From positions 1,191-65,190 of the IMG/VR virus record IMGVR_UViG_3300033121_000332: 64,000 nucleotides of DNA; one strand, 5' to 3'. Source of the stretch: a virus. Its lineage: Duplodnaviria; Caudoviricetes. This document shows, piece by piece, positions 57,373-64,000 of the stretch. Position numbers and translations under genes: made by a program. Each line of letters starts with the position of its first letter. Position 1 is the first letter of the stretch. The notes under the pieces are model-generated. The model did no database searches and had not been told where the DNA came from. It saw only the letters and a program-made list of their open reading frames with translations.

Positions 57373-57378
57373 ACAATT

Positions 57379-57807
57379 TCAACACTCATCGTCGGCGTCC
57401 GACTTCTTGATGCGAGGAGTCGCTACCAGCACAAAACCGTTACTGACGGGGATATCATCAGCCACCGTTACGTTGATCTCCGGCCCGAAAATCCTGTCTA
57501 GCGAAGCCTTGACGACTAAAGTTTTGGTGACAAAGCAGGTTACTTTGATGTTCGGCCCGAAAATTCTTTCTACCAAGTCGATCCGATCAGCTGTCAGCCT
57601 TGGACAATGATTGACTCCCCGTACAGTAATGCGGGTCGTAACCGGCGTGTCTGGTTCCATGTCCATCTCCACCGCAACGATCTCGGCATCGGGGAATATT
57701 AGCTCAATCTCGCGTTCAATCCTGTTTTTGCAGGTGTCCAGTAAAAAATCACGTACACGATCCAGATGGGCGTCAGTCAAATCGTCAAGTCCGTCAGCAT
57801 CTACCAT
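57379..57807 (-). CDS. Hypothetical protein
   Basis: AGGAGG RBS; internal repeat RIFGP.I.VT x2. Confidence 0.65.
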   Translation of the reverse strand: MVDADGLDDLTDAHLDRVRDFLLDTCKNRIEREIELIFPDAEIVAVEMDMEPDTPVTTRITVRGVNHCPRLTADRIDLVERIFGPNIKVTCFVTKTLVVKASLDRIFGPEINVTVADDIPVSNGFVLVATPRIKKSDADDEC

Positions 57808-57977
57808 TTCGTCCTCCTGAAAACACGAATCCCGCCATTTTAGTTATACTTCCGACCAAAGAAGTGCAACGTAAAAGTGGCGGGATTGTTACCGCGTCGA
57901 ATAAACTGGTTTTATGCTCTTACGCTGCTCTATCTTCTTTGGTCGGATGCACAGAATACATCAGCGTCCCCTCACTG

Positions 57978-58343
57978 TCAATAGCTTTTTTTCTTTCTTT
58001 GTGGGCCGGCATCCACAGGTGTCGCATACCGATCCCGGTAGTCACGATGACCGTGAAACGCAGCATAAGCAGAGTCAGGGGCGCGACCCGTCCACAGCTC
58101 ATCCATATCAGCCTGCGTCAGCACCAAAGACCCCTTTCTATGCTTGGTTTTACAGTATTTGCAGTCAACCGTAAATTCGTGCCGGCGAGTCATGTCCTCA
58201 TAAACGGAATAGGTAAACCCGTGTTGCGTCTCAGCGTCCAGGTTAATACCGTATTTTTTTGCAATCGCCTTCCGCTTTTCCGCTTCGGCTTCTGCAATAT
58301 TCCACAGTTTGTTGTCTATCTTGAGTTTCATCACATCCCCCAC
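57978..58343 (-). CDS. Hypothetical protein with CxxC
   Basis: CKYCK; overlaps the resolvase 3' end. Confidence 0.6.
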   Translation of the reverse strand: MGDVMKLKIDNKLWNIAEAEAEKRKAIAKKYGINLDAETQHGFTYSVYEDMTRRHEFTVDCKYCKTKHRKGSLVLTQADMDELWTGRAPDSAYAAFHGHRDYRDRYATPVDAGPQRKKKSY

Positions 58344-58762
58344 ACCAGTCGGGCGGCGTCCCTGATATGCTCGTTATATCCCTTCTTGATGCCTGTGTAC
58401 CGGGTGAAAGTGGCGGCATCCCACTTGTGAGCAGTCGGCTTAATCGTCTGGATCTCATATCCCCTGCGCTCAAAACCTGCAATCAGCAACCCACATTCCT
58501 TCTGGATGTTCCCCACGTTCCGAGATAGTCGATCCTGATAGAACCCCTCCCCTTTTTTCCTGAACGTGACTTTGTTGAGCCTTGCATCCTCAATAACCAG
58601 CAATACATCGTCGGGGTTATAGTTTCCAGTGACAAAATCATAGGTACACCAGAAATTCATCAGTTCCAGCCGGACAAACTCTTTCGCCTCAGTATCCCAC
58701 ACCGCGACCCCGGTGTTAGTCCCAGGGTCAATCCCGATCACCCACGGCTTCGTGATCTTCAT
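58331..58762 (-). CDS. RuvC-like Holliday junction resolvase
   Basis: VIGIDPGTNTGVAVWD, LVIED and EHIRDAA catalytic motifs. Confidence 0.8.
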   Translation of the reverse strand: MKITKPWVIGIDPGTNTGVAVWDTEAKEFVRLELMNFWCTYDFVTGNYNPDDVLLVIEDARLNKVTFRKKGEGFYQDRLSRNVGNIQKECGLLIAGFERRGYEIQTIKPTAHKWDAATFTRYTGIKKGYNEHIRDAARLVWGM

Positions 58763-58968
58763 ATCTCCCTCGCTACTTCCTTGAACGCCTGATCGAACCG
58801 GGTGGATCGAAGTTTTATCAACTCGACTCTGTTGTTCTTGACCTTGTAGAACGTAATCCGTCCCTCATTGCTCCGCTTCATCGAGTGACCTTTCCTGTGA
58901 GTGTACTCGTCTGCTGCGACTTTGGGGTTTCGATACCATCCGAGTTTGTTGAAATCTGTCTCAGTCAT
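58759..58968 (-). CDS. Hypothetical protein
   Basis: AGGAGGCTT RBS. Confidence 0.65.
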   Translation of the reverse strand: MTETDFNKLGWYRNPKVAADEYTHRKGHSMKRSNEGRITFYKVKNNRVELIKLRSTRFDQAFKEVAREI

Positions 58969-58977
58969 AAAAGCCTC

Positions 58978-59367
58978 CTAATATGGTGAATTGGCTATCG
59001 CCGCATCGGTTTGGGTTGTCATTTTGGCGCGTGTCTGGAGTGCAGACAGTAATGCCATATACGATGCCAGAATCTTCTCTGCCACCTGATAGTTTATCTT
59101 GGATGCCTCGTATTCATCGTGGATCGGCCCCAAGGCAAATATCGTCATCGCTTGACATTCTGCATCCGTACGGGGTTTCCCATCGTCCCGTCTCTCTGAC
59201 TTATGTCTCATGAATAATTGCGCCTCTAGACAGTCGTGCGCCTGAGCCGCTGCGTTACGTGCCTGAGCTGCCACAAAGAAATCCTGAGCCGCTGTCTGGA
59301 TATCCCTACTTGCTACCTGTAATTGCTCGTCCAACGTCAAAATAGGTTCATCTGTTCGTATTTCCAT
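58978..59367 (-). CDS. Helical protein (possible recombination mediator)
   Basis: Coiled-coil with K.T.A.. pattern; function not established. Confidence 0.55.
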   Translation of the reverse strand: MEIRTDEPILTLDEQLQVASRDIQTAAQDFFVAAQARNAAAQAHDCLEAQLFMRHKSERRDDGKPRTDAECQAMTIFALGPIHDEYEASKINYQVAEKILASYMALLSALQTRAKMTTQTDAAIANSPY

Positions 59368-59370
59368 GCT

Positions 59371-59727
59371 TTACCCCTTTGTCAATATCTGTTGCAATGC
59401 CCAAAACTCAGGGTTGGCCGTCTGCGTTATAACGTCATGTGCCGCTATAAGCATGAATACCAAGACGAAAACCCCGATAACTACGTAAATACATAAGCAC
59501 ATCAACCACCCTTCTTCGACTTCATCGGAATATTCCATATCTCGCAGATACAACTTGCGAAGAAATATCCCGCCGCCAATGAAATATGCAGCGCATAAAG
59601 CGAAAATTAAGCCATTAAACGCTGCTTCAATTTTCGCTTGGTAGAGAAGTGCCTGCCATAAATGTTCAACGCTGACGCCGAATTTTGCGGCCAACTCTGT
59701 TAATACTTTTTGTAATTCGGGATTCAT
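59371..59727 (-). CDS. Two-TM membrane protein
   Basis: GGAGGCTT RBS; LAAKFGVSVEHLW..L..QA motif of a common phage family. Confidence 0.7.
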   Translation of the reverse strand: MNPELQKVLTELAAKFGVSVEHLWQALLYQAKIEAAFNGLIFALCAAYFIGGGIFLRKLYLRDMEYSDEVEEGWLMCLCIYVVIGVFVLVFMLIAAHDVITQTANPEFWALQQILTKG

Positions 59728-59884
59728 TAAGCCTCCGTTCGTAGTTAGGGGGTGACACTTGCCACCCCTTGTCCCATTGAGTTTCAGCATCCCCCACCAC
59801 ACCATCCTAGATTGTGGACTAGGCGACCGTGCGTCACAAACACTATGTCAATACATCAGCTAAAGAGCGTCATGCGGTGGTTAG

Positions 59885-59914
59885 ATTGTATCAAGCACCT
59901 TTCTTGTCTGTGAA
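59885..59914 (-). promoter_or_regulatory. Possible leftward promoter for the replication operon
   Basis: TTCACA-18-TACAAT. Confidence 0.4.
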
Positions 59915-59930
59915 AAAATGCCGCTAACTG

Positions 59931-60152
59931 TTATCCCAGGATCGCGGCTGTCCCGGCAGTCTCGTTGGGAGCCATCGTCGGCTCAACCGAAATCTTGCAC
60001 CCTCGGCAGTCGCAGCCGTCCCGGTGTCTGTTTACTGTTATCCCTGCGTGAGTGCCGCACAGTAAGCCGTAAGTCGCGTCATTCTCGCAGTCGTCGATAA
60101 TGCACTGAGCAATCACGTCTTTCCACCAGTTGTCATCAATTTGGTCGTACAT
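59931..60152 (-). CDS. Small Cys/His-rich protein
   Basis: AGGAGGC RBS before MYDQID; C...C...CGTH...CDCRGC. Confidence 0.6.
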   Translation of the reverse strand: MYDQIDDNWWKDVIAQCIIDDCENDATYGLLCGTHAGITVNRHRDGCDCRGCKISVEPTMAPNETAGTAAILG

Positions 60153-60196
60153 ATTCGCCTCCTTCAACCGCACGATACACCCGTTCCGCATGGGAG

Positions 60197-60562
60197 TCAA
60201 GATTTTTCTTCGTCTGGTTCGTTTTTTTCCGCGTCTACGATAGTCGGCTCCAGATCCCACTTCGCCCAATATCTCAAGTCAAGATATCGAGGATCGCCAA
60301 ACGTCTTGAACAGATGAAAAGCAAGGCGGATGAATACAGTCGCAGCAGATGGAGCGCGTCTCCCACTCTCCCATCCCCATAAAACATGGGGACTCACTCC
60401 AATGGCCGGTGCGATGTCCCTCTCCACGCTCAGTCCCCCACGCAGCCTGGTCAGCGCATCAAAATTAAACGAGACGCAGGACAGATGTGGCTCTTTTTCA
60501 ATCGGCATCCGCGCAATGCTTGGCTCGGCGGCATCGTTCAAGTTCACGTTATCTCTTTCCAT
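60197..60562 (-). CDS. XRE-family HTH regulator (repressor/Cro-like)
   Basis: IAPAIGVSPHVLWGWESGRRAPS HTH; sits at a divergent promoter region. Confidence 0.75.
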   Translation of the reverse strand: MERDNVNLNDAAEPSIARMPIEKEPHLSCVSFNFDALTRLRGGLSVERDIAPAIGVSPHVLWGWESGRRAPSAATVFIRLAFHLFKTFGDPRYLDLRYWAKWDLEPTIVDAEKNEPDEEKS

Positions 60563-60615
60563 AGCTTACCTATATAGAAAATCTTGCCTTTTGTCAAGCG
60601 ATGCTAATAAAATAC

Positions 60616-60644
60616 TTGACAAGCGATAAGTACGTGGCTATACT
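60616..60644 (+). promoter_or_regulatory. Rightward sigma70 promoter
   Basis: TTGACA-17-TATACT. Confidence 0.8.
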
Positions 60645-60664
60645 GCACCTGTATTTGGAATTAT

Positions 60665-60877
60665 TTGAAAGGGGATACAATGTCAGTAGATGATGCAACT
60701 TTGCGGAAATGGTGGGAGTCTCGGTTTAAGTGCCTGCACTGCTTAGACTCTGGTATCATCTTCCACGCTGACGATACTGACGAACCCTGCGATCATTGCA
60801 ATAAGTTCAATCAACGACTTGAAGATGATCACGCTCAACTGCTGGAGCAGGCAGCAGGGGATAAAATCAACCAATAA
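60665..60877 (+). CDS. Small zinc-finger protein
   Basis: CLHC...CDHC. Confidence 0.65.
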   Translation: MKGDTMSVDDATLRKWWESRFKCLHCLDSGIIFHADDTDEPCDHCNKFNQRLEDDHAQLLEQAAGDKINQ

Positions 60878-60894
60878 AATCAAGGAGAAATATT

Positions 60895-61491
60895 ATGCAA
60901 TGGGCATCAAATTCCACATGGGTAGAACCCGAAATTGGAAACAATATCGCCATCTGCATCAGAGTCATTGACTTGGGGACACAAAAAAACGAATACCAAG
61001 GCAAAACGACTTGGAAGCGTCAATCAATGGTCATATGGGAACTGCCGGAACAGAAGGATGGCGAAGAAAAGCCTATCACGATCAGCAAGTTTTACACCGC
61101 CACCCTGAGCGAGAAGTCCAACCTGAGACACGATTTGGAGAACTGGCGGGGGCGTCCGTTCACGCCGGAAGAACTGGGGGGATTTGAGGTTAAGAATATC
61201 ATTGGAAAACCCTGCCTGCTTAACCTTGTTCGTAACGACAAAGGCAAAGTCAAAATCGGTGCAGTATCCTCCATCCTGAAAGGGATGCCGATTCCCAAAC
61301 CCACTCATGAGACTTACATCTACGACTTGGACGCACCCGATCCTAAAGTGTGGGAAATGCTCTCGGACGGCATTAAGGCAATCATCGAGCGTTCGCGTGA
61401 GCGCACAGGCGAATCGGAGTCATCGCAACAGGGTAATATCGCTGGAGACATTGCCGGTATCGCGCCTGATGACGATGGTATTCCCTTTTAA
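60895..61491 (+). CDS. Phage single-stranded DNA-binding-like protein
   Basis: IDLGTQ...SEKSNLRHDLENWRG...IIGKPC family pattern; acidic tail ending DDDGIPF. Confidence 0.7.
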   Translation: MQWASNSTWVEPEIGNNIAICIRVIDLGTQKNEYQGKTTWKRQSMVIWELPEQKDGEEKPITISKFYTATLSEKSNLRHDLENWRGRPFTPEELGGFEVKNIIGKPCLLNLVRNDKGKVKIGAVSSILKGMPIPKPTHETYIYDLDAPDPKVWEMLSDGIKAIIERSRERTGESESSQQGNIAGDIAGIAPDDDGIPF

Positions 61492-61698
61492 TCAAGAAAC
61501 GGTCAACCCGGAAGATGAATTATTGTTTTCATCTTCCGGGTTCTAATACAAGGAGGCAGTTTGAAAATACAAGAAAGCTGGTTGACTAAGGGGACGGTCG
61601 TAATCGCCTGCATCCCCGTGAGTCTTATCGTTGTCAGTTTTATCTTGAAACTGGTCGAATCTTTGGTGGCAAAATAACGGAACTGGAGGAATCAAGAA

Positions 61699-62451
61699 AT
61701 GCCTGGTTTGAAGAATTGGGAAAAATGGGTCGTAATTTTTGTGATGATTGCTGGCTTGTCCTCGATCATTGTCTACTTCAACGTCCGAGTCTTCGGGTGG
61801 TATGACGGCGCACCTTATATCGCTGTCGTGGGCCTCATTGTCCTGATGAGTTTCATTATCACTCGACATATCAGATATAACCCCGTCACTACAAACTTCT
61901 TGCGAGCCGCGTTTATCTTTGAGATACTGCTGTGCATCTCACTTGGCGTCAACGTCGCCTATTCCCTTTCGGTTATGAGAGAGATGAGCGTTGCCGGCCA
62001 AAGTGAAATCCACCAAGAAGAGATAGCAAAAACTCAGTCTCAGACAATGGCCGAAATTGCTAAATTGAAATCCCCCCAGGCTCAAAGAACAGCAACCCGG
62101 ACAATGGCGGCAACACAAGGGAAGGGAACCGCTCCCGTCCTGTCCAAGTTGGACGTTTTTAAGCAGTATGACCGATGGTTGTTCTGGATAATGATCGGGG
62201 AACTCGCGGTGGCCGGCATCAGCTTCTTTGTCTTGCTATCGCTCTCCGTGTTTGATGCAGATGGAAATGGGGTTCCTGACTTTATGCAAAAGGCTCCTAT
62301 CCCTCGGCACGTAGGAATGGCCCCTCAGATGTCGGAAGGGATGATCGCGGCGCGGCATCGAGCAATGGGGAGACGCCCCATGCCAGGGACACTCTCCCAC
62401 TCCCACGATATCGATGACGACGACGAAGAGGAGGATGACTCCCCAAAATAG
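61699..62451 (+). CDS. Four-TM membrane protein with acidic tail
   Basis: Four hydrophobic segments; ends DDDDEEEDDSPK at a CCCAAAA heptamer. Confidence 0.75.
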   Translation: MPGLKNWEKWVVIFVMIAGLSSIIVYFNVRVFGWYDGAPYIAVVGLIVLMSFIITRHIRYNPVTTNFLRAAFIFEILLCISLGVNVAYSLSVMREMSVAGQSEIHQEEIAKTQSQTMAEIAKLKSPQAQRTATRTMAATQGKGTAPVLSKLDVFKQYDRWLFWIMIGELAVAGISFFVLLSLSVFDADGNGVPDFMQKAPIPRHVGMAPQMSEGMIAARHRAMGRRPMPGTLSHSHDIDDDDEEEDDSPK

Positions 62452-62490
62452 AGGAGCCACTGGCAGAAATACCAGTACGCGCTGACCCTG

Positions 62491-62773
62491 AAATCACCCC
62501 TAACCTTGATGTCGGTGGACTAAGGTTAGGGGTGATTTTGGCGCAAATACCCGAACCTCAGTTGGTGGCTCAAGATTGGCCCGAACCTTCAAATGCCCGA
62601 ACCTTTTGTCAAATGCCCGAACCTTGTGTTAAGTCTATTACTCACAACGATTATCAAATGCCCGAACCTGCTGAAACAGGGTTAGGGGAAGTAGTTGACG
62701 ACGCAAGGTTAGGGGTGACATTTGACGAAGGGTTAGGGGTGACAATAGACTCAGATTTCTTAGACCCGAACCT
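62491..62773. repeat. Array of 11 CCC(G/T)AACC(T/C) motifs on both strands, including a perfect 17-bp inverted repeat
   Basis: IR arms 62491-507 and 62522-538; CCCGAACCT at 62550, 62580, 62596, 62616, 62661, 62765; reverse copies at 62523, 62679, 62706, 62730. Confidence 0.85.
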
Positions 62774-63137
62774 TCAATTATGGAACCTTGAAACCTATGG
62801 AGACAGACATGGAAAACGACGAATTAGACGAACCCTCAGATTCATCTCAGATCCTAAGCTCCGAGAGGAACTTGGGCAAATCACGCCCGAAGCCGAAACC
62901 GAACTCAAAAGTCGGATTGGCAAAGGCAGGTGGCAACTCAGCCGAACCCAAGCTGAATCTCTCCGACATATTGCTAACGCAATTGCAGAGTCTATGCGCG
63001 GATCTGCTAAAAGCCGGAATAAACGTAAGCCTGCACGAAAAGGAAAACCAACTGGCAATCCTGCTCCCTCTCGTCAAGACGTGCCAGGTTCACAAGATGA
63101 TCCACAGTGGGCAAATCTGCCCGATGTGCTTATGTAA
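62532..63137 (+). CDS. Repeat-containing ORF, possibly expressed as a -1 frameshift extension of 61699..62451
   Basis: Frame is open from 62439; no clear RBS at GTG 62532. Confidence 0.4.
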   Translation: MILAQIPEPQLVAQDWPEPSNARTFCQMPEPCVKSITHNDYQMPEPAETGLGEVVDDARLGVTFDEGLGVTIDSDFLDPNLQLWNLETYGDRHGKRRIRRTLRFISDPKLREELGQITPEAETELKSRIGKGRWQLSRTQAESLRHIANAIAESMRGSAKSRNKRKPARKGKPTGNPAPSRQDVPGSQDDPQWANLPDVLM

Positions 63138-63159
63138 CCCGATTGGAGGTGTTCAATGA
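62809..63159 (+). CDS. Hypothetical protein with C-terminal C..H...CxxC
   Basis: GGAG RBS before MENDEL; ATGA-coupled to the next gene. Confidence 0.6.
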   Translation: MENDELDEPSDSSQILSSERNLGKSRPKPKPNSKVGLAKAGGNSAEPKLNLSDILLTQLQSLCADLLKAGINVSLHEKENQLAILLPLVKTCQVHKMIHSGQICPMCLCNPIGGVQ

Positions 63160-63290
63160 CAACTGGTCAAATCCTAACTATCGCTATCGGTGGTTCAATC
63201 CTGTGGGTAGCCATTCAGTTTCTCGGATGGCAAATCGACAACCTGTACGCCCCAAAAGAAAAACGTGATCAGACGAAAGAAAAATCTTGA
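63156..63290 (+). CDS. 44-aa single-TM protein
   Basis: GGAGG RBS; MTTGQILTIAIGGSILWVAIQFLGWQ. Confidence 0.65.
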   Translation: MTTGQILTIAIGGSILWVAIQFLGWQIDNLYAPKEKRDQTKEKS

Positions 63291-63315
63291 CAGTTGGCAA
63301 GTCGGGGTGTATATT
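63287..63315 (+). promoter_or_regulatory. Sigma70 promoter
   Basis: TTGACA-17-TATATT. Confidence 0.75.
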
Positions 63316-63355
63316 GCTCTCAGTTCAGGTGGTTCTGAACAACCAAGGAGGCAAT

Positions 63356-63544
63356 ATGCAAGAAAATTTAATCAACGACGATTTAGTAATCGATCCGGTA
63401 AACGCCGAATGGTCAGAAACACATGTAGCTGACCCTTTCTGTACCAAATGCGACGGCAATGGCGTGGTGTGGGAAAGCCAGTGTGGGGAACCGGAAGTGG
63501 GGATGATATGGACGACCGAAGATTGCGATTGCACGAAGTATTGA
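63356..63544 (+). CDS. Small zinc-finger protein
   Basis: AGGAGGC RBS; CTKC...CDC. Confidence 0.7.
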   Translation: MQENLINDDLVIDPVNAEWSETHVADPFCTKCDGNGVVWESQCGEPEVGMIWTTEDCDCTKY

Positions 63545-63653
63545 ACACCGCTATCTGGCTCGCTGTACTGGCTATCATTGCCGGCGCAGCCTGCGCGATA
63601 GCGACGACTTAACCCCGGCTGGCAGCTGCTGGCCGGGGCAGGGAGGACGCAAA

Positions 63654-64000
63654 ATGAACGACAATTTAAACGACATCCACGCGAATTGTGAAGAAGAAGC
63701 TGCCGCGCTGCGGTCTCAGCTAAGAGAATTGCAAGCACAGCTCGACTACGAGCAGGAGCGCAACCTGAACAGCGCGGCAAACGCGCAACTGCAAATCAAG
63801 GAACTTACCGTTGAGCGCGACAACTGGTACGACGCCTGTATTAGAGCACATACCAGAATTGCCGAGCTTACAGCCGAACTCAGCCGCCTGCGTTCCGGCG
63901 GCTGCGCCAGGGAGCAGGCGACCACGCAGTATTGCGGGGAGATGCAGGAGCTTGTCAGCAGGCTGACCAAGTTGGCTGAGGAATGGAACGCGGAAGATTG
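63654..64000 (+). CDS. Coiled-coil protein, partial (runs off the right edge)
   Basis: GGAGG RBS; MNDNLNDIHANCEEEAAALRSQLRELQAQL...; not in the ORF track. Confidence 0.7.
   Translation, partial: MNDNLNDIHANCEEEAAALRSQLRELQAQLDYEQERNLNSAANAQLQIKELTVERDNWYDACIRAHTRIAELTAELSRLRSGGCAREQATTQYCGEMQELVSRLTKLAEEWNAED

Noticed and set aside
59790-59830. CCTAG-ATTGTGGA-CTAGG hairpin resembling a tRNA-His anticodon arm
   Set aside because: 8-nt loop, and no acceptor stem, D arm or TTC T-loop around it; not a tRNA.
62491-62773. Repeat array as a CRISPR array or telomere (TTAGGG)
   Set aside because: Units are only 9-17 bp, irregularly spaced and in both orientations, with no unique spacers or cas genes; TTAGGG copies are not tandem.
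63541-63612. 23-aa hydrophobic peptide starting at TTG
   Set aside because: No RBS; supported only by the stop overlap and hydrophobicity.
1-64000. Integrase, att sites, tRNAs, CRISPR arrays
   Set aside because: None recognised. The window is a partial genome, so lifestyle cannot be concluded from their absence.

Overview
The whole window is part of a tailed dsDNA phage genome with podovirus-like (P22/T7-style) architecture. Neither end is a gene boundary. No integrase, tRNA, rRNA, CRISPR array or reverse transcriptase was recognised. 1-44200 (minus strand) is the late/virion arm: DNA methyltransferase, nuclease-like gene, TIGR03437-like secreted protein, metacaspase, TerL, FkbM/GT2 fusion, portal, scaffold, major capsid, adaptors, nozzle, GNAT, pilot protein, an ICMT/PEMT-family methyltransferase, a 2334-aa signal-peptide-bearing fibre/beta-helix protein, a free-standing endonuclease, secreted small proteins and a 2441-aa SLT-containing ejection protein. 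44245-44660 is a low-complexity divergence region. 44745-51913 (plus strand) is an array of small early genes, each behind a repeated ACAGGAGGC RBS and driven by near-identical sigma70 promoters. 51885-53927 is the lysis module, 54068-60562 the replication and regulation arm (PrimPol-helicase, initiator, RuvC-like, XRE HTH), and 60665-64000 a rightward arm (SSB-like protein, membrane protein, repeat array). The host is inferred to be Acidobacteriota. The best candidate for a new system is two hidden ~75-nt antisense transcription units (sigma70 promoter, anti-RBS motif, terminator) at 22183-22297 and 57264-57372. Their GCCUCC(U) motifs are complementary to the RBS variants of the early and replication genes but not to the AGGAGA RBS of the late genes. 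A second strong candidate is a -1 frameshift fusing a 4-TM protein to an ORF that carries an 11-copy DNA motif array. All family assignments come from motif recognition by eye, not from database searches.
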